Shown piece after piece: positions 1 to 9,447 of a stretch of DNA of 64,000 nt; position 1 is the stretch's first letter; each line of letters opens with the position of its first letter. Source of the stretch: an uncultured Methanosarcinales archaeon. GTDB lineage: Archaea; Nanobdellota; Nanobdellia; Woesearchaeales; DSVV01. The translations under genes were made by a program, and so were the position numbers. The notes beneath the pieces were generated by a model. That model was not told the DNA's origin, did not search any database, and was given only the letters and a program-made list of their open reading frames with translations. The stretch lies in contig CAYVNN010000002.1 of assembly GCA_964453185.1 (NCBI GenBank), positions 340,444 to 404,443 of the forward strand, given 5' to 3'.

Positions 1-106
1 TCCTGCCCCTAAGGCTTAAGCTACCATGAAATGGACAATGTTTGTCATTTTCACATGCCTTTGTTGGTGCTTTAACATCAACACCAATGTTTTTTGCTTT
101 TATCAT
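1..106 (-). CDS. rps17: 30S ribosomal protein uS17 (5' part, runs off the window edge)
   Basis: Manual translation gives MIKAKNIGVDVKAPTKACENDKHCPFHGSLSLRGR, with the archaeal S17 motif CPFHGxLxxRG. ATGA overlap with the upstream gene; expected operon position. Confidence 0.93.
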   Translation of the reverse strand, partial: MIKAKNIGVDVKAPTKACENDKHCPFHGSLSLRGR

Positions 107-300
107 TTGATTATTACCTCTTGATTGTTTTTGATTAATCTTTTTCTTCCTTTTTTTGTTTTTACATATATTGTTTTTTTTGTTTCATCAATTACTTTTC
201 CTTCAATATGTGAAGTGCAATTGTTTTTTGGACTTTTGATCTTGATTTCTTTTCCAATCAACTTGTATTGATTATCTTTTTTCTTTTTATTTTGTGTCAT
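103..300 (-). CDS. rnp1: RNase P protein subunit Rpp29/Pop4 (short form)
   Basis: LIGxxIKI...IEGKVIDETKxT motif; canonical position between SUI1 and S17. Confidence 0.85.
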   Translation of the reverse strand: MTQNKKKKDNQYKLIGKEIKIKSPKNNCTSHIEGKVIDETKKTIYVKTKKGRKRLIKNNQEVIIK

Positions 301-608
301 TATTTGATATCAATTGTTTCTGGTGAAAAACCAATCTTTACAAGAGCTTCCATAACCTTTTGTTTATGATTCCCTTGCAACTCAATGTTTCCTTCTTTTG
401 TTGTTCCTCCACATGCAAATTGCATTTTGAGTTTTTTTGTTAGGTCTTTCAAATTGATCTCTTTTTGATCAATCCCTACTATTATTGTGTAAACTTTTCC
501 AAATTTTCTTTTGATTGTTGACACAGTTATCTTTTGACTTTCCTTTGCGATTGTCTCACAAACGCAAAGTTCCTTAGGTAAACCACATGTTGTGCATATT
601 TCACTCAT
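300..608 (-). CDS. sui1: Translation initiation factor aIF1/SUI1
   Basis: CxxCGLPKELCVC N-terminus; ACGGT and IELQG motifs. Confidence 0.95.
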   Translation of the reverse strand: MSEICTTCGLPKELCVCETIAKESQKITVSTIKRKFGKVYTIIVGIDQKEINLKDLTKKLKMQFACGGTTKEGNIELQGNHKQKVMEALVKIGFSPETIDIK

Positions 609-817
609 CCTTTTTTACCTGCCACTCCTTTTTGTTTTTCGTTTAATACAGTAAGTATACGTGCGATATTCTTTTTTATTTGTTTGATCTTGCCTGGACT
701 TTTTAATTGAGTACCTGTTGCAGCTTGAGCATTTTCTTTAATTAATTCTGTCCTTAGTTCAACTAATTCTTTCTTTAAATCAGCTTCATTTCTTGCTCTT
801 ATGTCTTTAGCTTTCAT
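605..817 (-). CDS. rpl29: 50S ribosomal protein uL29
   Basis: PGKIKQIKKNIARILT motif; operon position. Confidence 0.95.
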   Translation of the reverse strand: MKAKDIRARNEADLKKELVELRTELIKENAQAATGTQLKSPGKIKQIKKNIARILTVLNEKQKGVAGKKG

Positions 818-1752
818 TATTCTACCTTTTCTTCTTGAGTTTCAACCTTAGGTTCTTCTTCAACAGGTTTAGCTTGCTCTTTTTCTTTAATTTCAACTTT
901 TTTTTCTACTGGTTCGGCTTGAGCTTTTTCAGTTTCTTTATTTTCGACTTTTTCCTCAACTTTGGATTCAGTTTTTTCTTCACTTTTAGTTTCAATAACT
1001 TCTTCTGTTTTTACTACTTTCTTTTTTGTTTTCTTTGCAGGTTTTTCTTTACTTTCTTTTGTTTCCTTTTCTTTTTTCTTAGATTCTTTCTTTTTACTTT
1101 CTTTCTCTGTTTTTTCTTTAACCTTTTTCTCTTCTGTAACTTCTTCAACTACTTGTTCTTTGATAAATGTAATTTTATCAGGTAAATCAACATTTGGAAG
1201 CATAATTCTTACTTGAATTCCAACTAAACCTGTTTTTAATTCTGCAGATTTATATGATGTTTTTACAGCTGTATGAACGGCATCTCCACTTTTCTTTAAA
1301 TATCCAGTATAAAATCTCCATCTTTTTGCTCTGGAACTTGGAATCTTTCCTGAAATTAAGATTTCTACTCCTAATCCTCCAGCATTCATAACATCTTCCA
1401 TTGCTCTATGTCCAATACTTTTGAATCTCATTGAACCAAATCTTTCTAATGAATGAACAATTCTTTCTGCTACTATCTCTGCGTCAAGATTAACATTCTC
1501 AACTTCATTAATTTCAATTTGTGGATTTTCTAATTTGAATTTCTTTTTTAATAATGCTGTTAATTTTTTAATACTTTGACCTTTTCTTCCTACAATTAAT
1601 CCAGGTCTTGATGCTGAAATGATTATTTTTTCACCTAATGGAGTTAGTTTTAGTTTTGAACTACTTAATCCAACATGATTTAAGTTTTTCTCAATAAATT
1701 CTCTTATTTGAAATTCGTTTATTACTTTTCCTAATAATTTTTTATGGATCAT
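817..1752 (-). CDS. rps3: 30S ribosomal protein uS3 with long E/K-rich C-terminal extension
   Basis: KH motif RPGLIVGRKG, GVEILISGK and GYLKKSG; roughly 110-aa charged tail. Confidence 0.96.
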   Translation of the reverse strand: MIHKKLLGKVINEFQIREFIEKNLNHVGLSSSKLKLTPLGEKIIISASRPGLIVGRKGQSIKKLTALLKKKFKLENPQIEINEVENVNLDAEIVAERIVHSLERFGSMRFKSIGHRAMEDVMNAGGLGVEILISGKIPSSRAKRWRFYTGYLKKSGDAVHTAVKTSYKSAELKTGLVGIQVRIMLPNVDLPDKITFIKEQVVEEVTEEKKVKEKTEKESKKKESKKKEKETKESKEKPAKKTKKKVVKTEEVIETKSEEKTESKVEEKVENKETEKAQAEPVEKKVEIKEKEQAKPVEEEPKVETQEEKVE

Positions 1753-2576
1753 TTTTTATCCTCTTCTTTAATAGGTTTAGTCTCGACTTTTTCTTCAACA
1801 GGTTTGGTTTTAGCTTTCTCACTTTCTTCAGCTTGCTTTTTTTCTTTAACTTCAACCTTTTCTTCACTTTTAGCTTTGACTTTCTCCTCTTTTTTAACTT
1901 CTTCTTTAGGTTTGATTTGTTTAGTATCAATTTTTGGTTCTTTTTTCTCTTCTGTTTTAGGTTGTTCTACTTTAGGTGTTTCCTTAACTTCTGGCTTTGC
2001 TTCAACTGTTGGCTTTTCTTCTTGTTTAACTTCAGCCTTTTTTTCCACAACTTTTTTCTCTTCTTTCTTTGGCAATTCTTTTTCTACAACCTTTTTCTTA
2101 ACAGTTTCTGTCTTTTTTACTTCTTTTTCAACTTTCTTTGTTGATTTTTCTTCAACCACCATTTCAACATGAGTTTTTTTCATTACTCTTCCTCTATGTC
2201 TACCATAATGCCATTGTCCTGCAGCTTTATTTGCACAACAAAATGTAATGAATAAGTTGTTTGAATTTAATCCTTTAAATTGTGCATTTGCTTCAATGCT
2301 TTTTATTAAATTAAGGATATTTTCACATGTTTTCTTTGGATATTTTCCTGGACCCATTCCTTTTTTATGTCCAGTATCCATATTAAATTTGTTGAATGGA
2401 ATTGCTCTTTTTAATTTTATAACTTCATCAAATTCACTCTTTATTCTTGAAAGTTTTTTATTTCTCATGTAATCACATACCACAATTGCTTGTTTTGTGG
2501 AAATAGGGAGTGATCTACCTAATCCTCTCGCCATTCTTTCTTTGTCATACCCTTGAAATGAATAACCTTTTGCCAT
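1749..2576 (-). CDS. rpl22: 50S ribosomal protein uL22 with long E/K-rich C-terminal extension
   Basis: LPISTKQA, GHKKGMGPGKYPKK and THVEMVVEE; roughly 130-aa charged tail. Confidence 0.95.
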   Translation of the reverse strand: MAKGYSFQGYDKERMARGLGRSLPISTKQAIVVCDYMRNKKLSRIKSEFDEVIKLKRAIPFNKFNMDTGHKKGMGPGKYPKKTCENILNLIKSIEANAQFKGLNSNNLFITFCCANKAAGQWHYGRHRGRVMKKTHVEMVVEEKSTKKVEKEVKKTETVKKKVVEKELPKKEEKKVVEKKAEVKQEEKPTVEAKPEVKETPKVEQPKTEEKKEPKIDTKQIKPKEEVKKEEKVKAKSEEKVEVKEKKQAEESEKAKTKPVEEKVETKPIKEEDKK

Positions 2577-2589
2577 TTTTATATCACAT

Positions 2590-2970
2590 TTATCTTACTG
2601 AAACACTTGCACTGGATTTTGTTGCTCCAACTCCTGGTGCACTATGTTTTACTCTATTTCTTGTTAATACAAATTCACCTAAAACAAATCCAATCATTTC
2701 TTCTAGGATTAATATTGAAGTAAATTGTTTTCCGTTGTAAAGATCAATAGTTTTCCCTACCATATTAGGTAAAATTATCAGTTCTCTACAGTGTGTTTTA
2801 ACCTTATCTTTTTTCTCTAGCTTTTTAATTAATATTTTTTGAGTATCAGTAAATCCTCTTAATAATGATCTTCTTCTTCTTGAAGGTAATAATAATGCAA
2901 ATTCTTTTACACTTAACTCTTGTAATTCATTTAATGTTTTTCCTCGATATGTGTATTCCTTTTTTGCCAT
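2590..2970 (-). CDS. rps19: 30S ribosomal protein uS19
   Basis: YRGKTL, KTHCRE, YNGK and PGVGATKSS motifs. Confidence 0.97.
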   Translation of the reverse strand: MAKKEYTYRGKTLNELQELSVKEFALLLPSRRRRSLLRGFTDTQKILIKKLEKKDKVKTHCRELIILPNMVGKTIDLYNGKQFTSILILEEMIGFVLGEFVLTRNRVKHSAPGVGATKSSASVSVR

Positions 2971-2982
2971 TTTTTTTCACGT

Positions 2983-3693
2983 TTATTTCTTCTTACCTGT
3001 CCGTCTTGGTCTGATCTTACCAACATTAGCTCCTGCTGGCGCAAATCTTCTTGCAATTGTTGGACCTGGTTTATTACTTGTTGTAGTTCCACCAAATGGA
3101 TGGTCTACAGCATTCATTGCGACTCCGCTTACTCTTGGATATAATTTATTTCTTGCTCTCATCTTATGATAAACATTTCCTGCTTTCATAAGTGGTTTAT
3201 CAGTTCTTCCTCCACCAGCTACTACACCAATGGTTGCTCTGCATTTTTCATTGAAAGCTTTTTGTTTTTTTGAAGGCAATAATACCATAACTTGGTTTTT
3301 CTTTTTTGCAACAATTTTAGCTGTAACACCTGAACTTCTTACAAACTTTCCACCGTCGCCAGGAACACTTTCAATATTAAATATTGTTGTTCCTTCTGGT
3401 ATGTCTTTTAGCATTAATATATTACCTTTTCCTGTATTTTGTGAACATAATTCAATTTTATCTTTAACTTTCATTCCTTCGGGAGCAATCATTAAATTGA
3501 ATTCTCCTGTTTCATATTCCACAATTGCTAAAGGGGCTGTATGTCCCGGACATTTAACCAAGTCTTTAACAATTCCATTTAATCCTTCTGATCCAAAAGA
3601 TGGGTGTTTAGCTTTACCTACAAATCTATGACTAGGTGATTTATAAGGTCCTGATCCTTTTCCTCGTCTTTGTGTTATTAATCTTTTACCCAT
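2983..3693 (-). CDS. rpl2: 50S ribosomal protein uL2
   Basis: MGKRLITQRRGKG N-terminus and GVAMNAVDHPFGG. Confidence 0.98.
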   Translation of the reverse strand: MGKRLITQRRGKGSGPYKSPSHRFVGKAKHPSFGSEGLNGIVKDLVKCPGHTAPLAIVEYETGEFNLMIAPEGMKVKDKIELCSQNTGKGNILMLKDIPEGTTIFNIESVPGDGGKFVRSSGVTAKIVAKKKNQVMVLLPSKKQKAFNEKCRATIGVVAGGGRTDKPLMKAGNVYHKMRARNKLYPRVSGVAMNAVDHPFGGTTTSNKPGPTIARRFAPAGANVGKIRPRRTGKKK

Positions 3694-3705
3694 TTTAATT
3701 CACTT

Positions 3706-3975
3706 TTACATAAGTCCTAATTGTGTTGCAATATCAATTGCAGGATTTTCATTTGATAATTTAATATAAGCTCTTTTTTTCCCGCCAGGTGTAATTAATG
3801 TATTAATTTTAATCACTTTAACTTTAAAAGCTTCTTCAATTGCTTTTTTTATCTCATGTTTTTTAGCTTTTCTTTCTACAACAAAAACTAATTTATTCTC
3901 TGACTCCATGATTCTTATTGTCTTTTCAGTTGACAACGGATATTTTAGTATTTTTAATGATTCCATTTTTTTCAC
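3706..3975 (-). CDS. rpl23: 50S ribosomal protein uL23
   Basis: PLSTEK, NKLVFVV and KRAYIKL motifs. Confidence 0.96.
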   Translation of the reverse strand: MKKMESLKILKYPLSTEKTIRIMESENKLVFVVERKAKKHEIKKAIEEAFKVKVIKINTLITPGGKKRAYIKLSNENPAIDIATQLGLM

Positions 3976-4778
3976 ATAAACAAATTATTATCTTTTAGTT
4001 TTTTAATTGCACTTTGTGTGTATAATGTAAGTCTTCCTACATCTGTTCCTGGTGCAAGTAATTCTGTATTAATATTTTTAATATCAACAATATCTACTCC
4101 TGGAATATTTTTTGCTGATCTTAATAATGGACATTTGTCAGAAACAACAAGTAATGGTCCTTTTTTCTTTCTATATTTCCTTCCTCTCATTGTTCCTTTT
4201 CCAGCTCTCACTTTTTTAACAGCTGCTCTTTCTAATTCTTTTTCTAATCCTAATTTTAATAATACATTAATCACATCTTTTGTTTTTTCTATCTTTTCAA
4301 ATTTATCTTCAATAATGAATGGATAATCTTTAGGTACAACATGTCCTCTGTTCTCGACAATTGCCGGTATAACTGTTGCAGATAATGCACCTCTAATTGC
4401 TTTTCTTCTTTCTTTTGTGTTAATTTTATGTGCCCAAATTTTATCAGCTTTTGGTGGATGAGCTCTTCTTCCTCCAACTGTTCCTGGAGCAACAGCTCCT
4501 ACCCAATGATGTTGAGTTCCTCTTTTTGTCATTACTTTTCTTGGAACTCTTGAAATACCATGACCATATGATCCTCTAAATGCTCTTCTTCTTCTAGAAA
4601 CTTCAGCAGATGCTCTCATACCTGCATCAGGTTTTGCACCGTAAGGTTGTCTTTTTCTACTTTGAATTGCTAAAACTGCTTTTTTAACAAGATCTTCTCT
4701 GACCTCTTCTTTAAATTGAACAGGTAAATCTTCTTTTCCTATTTCAGTTTTTGCTATGTTCAAGACACTTACTTTCAT
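3972..4778 (-). CDS. rpl4: 50S ribosomal protein uL4
   Basis: GHGISRVPR, GGRRAHPPK and LLAPGxxxGRLT motifs. Confidence 0.97.
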   Translation of the reverse strand: MKVSVLNIAKTEIGKEDLPVQFKEEVREDLVKKAVLAIQSRKRQPYGAKPDAGMRASAEVSRRRRAFRGSYGHGISRVPRKVMTKRGTQHHWVGAVAPGTVGGRRAHPPKADKIWAHKINTKERRKAIRGALSATVIPAIVENRGHVVPKDYPFIIEDKFEKIEKTKDVINVLLKLGLEKELERAAVKKVRAGKGTMRGRKYRKKKGPLLVVSDKCPLLRSAKNIPGVDIVDIKNINTELLAPGTDVGRLTLYTQSAIKKLKDNNLFM

Positions 4779-4780
4779 TT

Positions 4781-5770
4781 TTAATTACCTTGCATTGATT
4801 CTGTTGAAATTTCTACTATTGTTGGGGCTTCTTTTCCCATTTTTTTATTTTCTCTTCTTGGAGCAATCATTCTAACTAATCGTTTACCTGATCCACCAAT
4901 TGAACCTTTGATTAAAATATATGGGTTTTTAACTAAACCATATCTAAGAAATCCACCTTTTGGATTCACATCTTCAGGATTATCTCCCATCATTAAAATT
5001 TGTTTATTGTATTCTGTTCTTGTATGATATCCCATTTTACCTGCATGAGCAACTCTATACATCATATGTCCTTGTCCTCTCCATGAACCTAAACTTCCTG
5101 GGTTTCTAATTGCTTTTTCAGATTTATGTGATTTAATACTAATTCCAAATCTTTTTACAGGACCTTGGAATCCTTTACCTTTTGTAACAGAACAAATATC
5201 AATCTGTTGTCCTGGTTTGAATATGTCAGTAATATTAATCTCTTTACCTTTATTTTCTTTAATATAGTTTATCTGCTCTTCTTTATTTCCACCAAGAGCA
5301 ACTTCAAAGATTTCAGGTTTCTTTTTACTAAAACCAACATTTTTTGGTTGTGTATAAACATTAATTCTTAATTCATCAAAATCTTCTGGTTTGATGTTTT
5401 CCATTGCTTTTTCATTAATTTTTGTTAATTTTGGCAATGTTTTCTCAACTTCTTTGTCTCTTTTAAAATTGATTTCTTTTATTAATTTTAATCCATAAGC
5501 AGAATCCTTGTATAATCTTGCTGATAATATTTTAATTGCTGGACATTCAACAACAGTAACAGGGAAACATACTTCTTCACCTTTTGTTTTTGATGTTTTT
5601 CTATTATCAACAACAGTAATGTGTGTCATTCCTGCTTTATAACCTGCAAATCCTAATGGTAAAGCTTCCTTAGTTTTAGCCCAGGATCTAACTCTAGGTG
5701 TTTCTTTCTTAGCCCTTTTCCTTGGCCAAAATTGCATTGAACCCGCTCTTGGTCTATGTGCCTTACCCAT
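4781..5770 (-). CDS. rpl3: 50S ribosomal protein uL3
   Basis: PRAGSMQFWPRKRA, GYKAGMTH and TKGKGFQGPVKRFG. Confidence 0.98.
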   Translation of the reverse strand: MGKAHRPRAGSMQFWPRKRAKKETPRVRSWAKTKEALPLGFAGYKAGMTHITVVDNRKTSKTKGEEVCFPVTVVECPAIKILSARLYKDSAYGLKLIKEINFKRDKEVEKTLPKLTKINEKAMENIKPEDFDELRINVYTQPKNVGFSKKKPEIFEVALGGNKEEQINYIKENKGKEINITDIFKPGQQIDICSVTKGKGFQGPVKRFGISIKSHKSEKAIRNPGSLGSWRGQGHMMYRVAHAGKMGYHTRTEYNKQILMMGDNPEDVNPKGGFLRYGLVKNPYILIKGSIGGSGKRLVRMIAPRRENKKMGKEAPTIVEISTESMQGN

Positions 5771-6182
5771 GTTTTTTCACTTATTTTATCATATTTCCAT
5801 CTAGAAGCCAATGATCATGTTGTATAATGGTCCTATTGAGAGCGCTTCAGAAAGAATCAAACATGGTTATATGGTCTTTTAAGGCCATTTAGCCAAAATT
5901 TGTACTGAAAACCGCTTTTTCAGGCTCCTTTTGGTTGTTTACATCTTATTTAATCGTCTTTCTTGATTAAACAAGTTAATATTTGTGAATTGACTAACTT
6001 ATGGGTTATTTATAAAGGTATTGTTTTAGTAGATTAGTACTACTAATTAATGATAAACTTAATAACTTTTATAAATTACTTAATGTTCCTATATTATTAT
6101 AGAGGTAGTTAAGATTAAAAGACTTAGATCAAGAACAAGAAAAATAGCTAGAAGGGCATTTGATAGAATAGTTCCAGATAGA

Positions 6183-6968
6183 TTGTATTCCAAATTAGAA
6201 GAACCTGCATGGAGGTTTTTAAATAAATTAGAGGCTATTACTAATAATGGATTTAGGGACTTACCAACCAATATTGATATTGAAATAAATTCAAAATGTA
6301 CAAGAAGATGTTATTATTGTCCAAGGCCTATTGATGAATCAGAAATACTATCAGCTGATATTTTTTATTCTATTATTGATCAATTAAGAGTTTGTGGTTA
6401 TAAAGGAAAGATTTCTCCAATTTCATTTAATGAGCCACTAACAGATGATAGGTTAAACACATTCTTAGAATATGTTATTCGACAACTACCTGATTCTGAG
6501 ATTGTTTTGAATACTAATGGGGATTTATTAACTAGAGAGAAGGTGGAAGAGTTTTACAAAATAGGTGTTTCATCTATAGTAGTTAGTTTACATGATCCTT
6601 TATCTGCAGAACAAGAAAGAAGACTAAGAGAATTTGAACAAGAGTTTGATAAAGTTAAACTTGTTGACAGAAGAGATGGTTATAGAAAACATCCTTTATT
6701 TTCAAGAGGAGGCAAAGTTGTATTTGAGAATAGTATATCTACAACTTCTTGTATATATACTACTAATATGGTTATCAGAGCAACTGGCGACGTTACTTTG
6801 TGCTGTGAAGACATTGGTGCAGAATATAAGTTTGGTAATGTTTATGATCAAGGTGTTCGAGAAATATGGCAAAGTCCTAGGTTTAGACAAACAAGAAAAG
6901 AAATTCAAAGAGGATCTTTTGGTCTACCAATATGTGATGTATGTTGTTATGAAGATCTAAGTTCTTAG
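6183..6968 (+). CDS. Radical SAM protein with SPASM/twitch domain (start uncertain)
   Basis: CxxxCxxC (CTRRCYYC), NEPL and NTNG motifs; C-terminal C...LCC...FGN...CxxC. Confidence 0.9.
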   Translation: MYSKLEEPAWRFLNKLEAITNNGFRDLPTNIDIEINSKCTRRCYYCPRPIDESEILSADIFYSIIDQLRVCGYKGKISPISFNEPLTDDRLNTFLEYVIRQLPDSEIVLNTNGDLLTREKVEEFYKIGVSSIVVSLHDPLSAEQERRLREFEQEFDKVKLVDRRDGYRKHPLFSRGGKVVFENSISTTSCIYTTNMVIRATGDVTLCCEDIGAEYKFGNVYDQGVREIWQSPRFRQTRKEIQRGSFGLPICDVCCYEDLSS

Positions 6969-6972
6969 AGAA

Positions 6973-7079
6973 AATAAACGGACCAGAATTGATCCTCACC
7001 AGCTTTTTACAAAAAACTTGGGAAAAAGAAATTAAGTACCGCTTCACTTTGTTCAGCAGTACGAATAAACGGACCAGAA
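6973..7079. repeat. 16-bp direct repeat of the tRNA-Arg 3' end (6973-6988 / 7064-7079) flanking a 75-bp hairpin insert
   Basis: aataaacggaccagaa occurs twice. The spacer carries two small hairpins. Confidence 0.8.
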
Positions 7080-7184
7080 GGGATTCGAACCCCCGACCTA
7101 CAGCTTAGAAGGCTGCCGCGCTATTTGCACTACGGCAAATCCGGTAAATCCAGATTTACAGTATCCAGGCTGCGCTACTGGTCC
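7070..7184 (-). tRNA. tRNA-Arg(TCT) with ~40-nt non-canonical D-loop intron (~7122-7161)
   Basis: Acceptor GGACCAG/CTGGTCC, anticodon arm GCAGC-CT-TCT-AA-GCTGT, T-loop TTCGAAT. An extra 40 nt interrupts the D arm. Confidence 0.92.
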
Positions 7185-7322
7185 ATTGAATAAAGGTTAA
7201 ATTTCGACTTTGTCGGAATTTTGCCTTTTTCGATGCTTAAAAATACCGATGAACTTGTGAGTCGGTATTATTTATATATCCAGTCTGTCTCTACTGAATT
7301 TAATAACCATTTATATATTTTT

Positions 7323-8357
7323 TCAAGAACTTAATTCTAAAAACAAATCAATAGCAGATGAATGATATTCTTCTGATTCTGAATAACCCATATGTCCTCC
7401 TTCATTATCATGTATGTATTCTTCAATTACTGCACCATATTCTTCTAACAAATCTTCTGTATAATTCATATAATGACACATATCTGTTCCCCATTCTTCA
7501 TCTTGTAATCCACAATATAAGAAAAAATGTTTATCACTAAATGCATCTGTACCAAATTCTCCATCTAAAAGATCAGACACAAATTCAGTTGGTTGTTCTG
7601 GAGGAATTGCACCTGAATGACTTATTGTTAATACAAAATAATCTGTTTCCTCATACTTATCCCAAAAAGTAACTTCAAAACTATTTGCAGAACCACGACT
7701 AAATCCTGTGTAGGCTAATGAATGTTCATCAATATCATAATTTTCAACAGCATATTGAACAGAGATATTAATTAATTCATATATCTCTCTTGAGTTAAGA
7801 TATTGTTCCATCCCTAAATACCATTGTACAGCAATAATTGCATAATTGTTTTCTCTAGCTAAATTTAATTCACCCATTGTTCCAATATATGCATCTGCAT
7901 AACTTCCATGAACAGAAACTAATGCTCTTTTATCCTCTATTTCTTCAAATCTCTCAGGGATCCAAATTGTAAAAAAAGTATTTTCTAAATTAATTACTTT
8001 TAATCCTGCATTAATCATTTCATCATATGACATTGAACTCTGATGAAAACCAAAATTATCTTGTGTACTCTCTTCTAATTCATTAATATTAACATCATCA
8101 AAACTTATTCCTTCTTCATTAGGATCAGGACCTTTTTCTTTTATTCTTTCTTCCTCTGTCATATATTGTTCTTCTTTTTCTTGTCCTTGCATCCCTCTTT
8201 CAGGCCTTTTCATTTCTCTTGGTTCTTCTTTAACTTCTTCAGAATCTACTATTGTTCTATTATCATCAACAGTTTCATCTGTTTTACAACCATTAATAGA
8301 AGAAATAAGCAAAATAATGGATATAATCAATAATAATCTTCTCATCCACATATTCAT
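7323..8357 (-). CDS. Secreted or lipid-anchored alpha/beta-hydrolase fold protein
   Basis: Signal peptide ending in ...INGC; VHG motif, GFSRG nucleophile elbow and C-terminal GGH. Confidence 0.7.
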   Translation of the reverse strand: MNMWMRRLLLIISIILLISSINGCKTDETVDDNRTIVDSEEVKEEPREMKRPERGMQGQEKEEQYMTEEERIKEKGPDPNEEGISFDDVNINELEESTQDNFGFHQSSMSYDEMINAGLKVINLENTFFTIWIPERFEEIEDKRALVSVHGSYADAYIGTMGELNLARENNYAIIAVQWYLGMEQYLNSREIYELINISVQYAVENYDIDEHSLAYTGFSRGSANSFEVTFWDKYEETDYFVLTISHSGAIPPEQPTEFVSDLLDGEFGTDAFSDKHFFLYCGLQDEEWGTDMCHYMNYTEDLLEEYGAVIEEYIHDNEGGHMGYSESEEYHSSAIDLFLELSS

Positions 8358-8449
8358 ATAAGTAATACAATAAAAATATTTCCATTAACTTCAATCTCAT
8401 TTAAAACTAAAACAAAGTATTTATATATTCTATTTCTACTAAATAAGTT

Positions 8450-9124
8450 ATGACAGAAGAATCCTTTGTAATGGTTTCATTGAAAGACGAGAAATCAAAA
8501 AAACTTGCTGAAGTTATAAGTAATAAAACAGCTAGAAAGATTCTTGATATTCTAACTAAAAAAGAATACACTGAATCAGAGCTAGCAAAAGAACTCTCTC
8601 TGCCAATTTCAACTATACATTATAATCTAAAGCATTTGATGAAGGCAAAATTAGTTACTGTTGATGAATTTCATTATTCTGAGAAAGGTAAAGAGGTAAA
8701 TCATTACAAATTAGCAAATAAATTTGTAATTATAACACCGTCAGAAACTCCACCTGATTTTATGGATAAATTAAAGAAAATACTTCCAATTACATTATTA
8801 GTAACAGCATCTGCTGTTTTATTAAAAGTATTCAATTTTTTCACACTTGGACCAGCAACAATGATGTCAAAATCAGGGGAATCATTAGTGCGTACTGCCT
8901 CACCTGAAGTATTTACAATTGCAGAGGAGGCAGCAGATATGGCTGTTGAAGAAGTAGCTGAAGAAGCAGTTCAAGATACAGCATTTTATGCAGCAGAACC
9001 AATGAGTGAAGCAATTTCAACAATTCCTTACACAGAATATCTTTTCTGGTTTTTGATTGGAGTAATATTCTCATTATTTATATACATTTTAATTGAATAT
9101 ATTAAAAATAGGAGGAGAAAATGA
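8450..9124 (+). CDS. ArsR-type HTH protein with C-terminal membrane segments
   Basis: wHTH TESELAKELSLPISTIHYNLKHL; two hydrophobic helices. Confidence 0.8.
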   Translation: MTEESFVMVSLKDEKSKKLAEVISNKTARKILDILTKKEYTESELAKELSLPISTIHYNLKHLMKAKLVTVDEFHYSEKGKEVNHYKLANKFVIITPSETPPDFMDKLKKILPITLLVTASAVLLKVFNFFTLGPATMMSKSGESLVRTASPEVFTIAEEAADMAVEEVAEEAVQDTAFYAAEPMSEAISTIPYTEYLFWFLIGVIFSLFIYILIEYIKNRRRK

Positions 9125-9447
9125 AAAAACTATTGATTATATTAACAATACTCTCACTTTTAGTAGTAGCAGGTTGTGGTTTAGAAGATACAGATAAAAA
9201 CTTTCCTCAACCATCTGATTATGAATGTGTTATAGATGAACAATGTATGGTTAGTGGATGTTCTTCTCAGCTATGTCTTCCTGAGGGTAGTGATGTAGTA
9301 ACAACTTGTGAATATCTCTCAGAATATGGATGTTATCAAGAAGCTAATTGTGGTTGTTTCGAGAACAAATGTCAATGGGAACCGACAGATGAATTAAGTG
9401 AATGCATAAATAACGCACAAAATACAGATGTTGTTGCCTTGGGTTAA
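9121..9447 (+). CDS. Eight-cysteine-cluster domain lipoprotein
   Basis: Lipobox VAGC; C..D..C..SGCSSQLC...TTCEY...CY...CGC...KCQW. Confidence 0.8.
   Translation: MKKLLIILTILSLLVVAGCGLEDTDKNFPQPSDYECVIDEQCMVSGCSSQLCLPEGSDVVTTCEYLSEYGCYQEANCGCFENKCQWEPTDELSECINNAQNTDVVALG

Noticed and set aside
835-2172. Plus-strand Phe/Ser-rich ORFs (835-1185, 962-1216, 1744-2172, 1833-2144)
   Set aside because: They are antisense shadows of the E/K-rich tails of uS3 and uL22.
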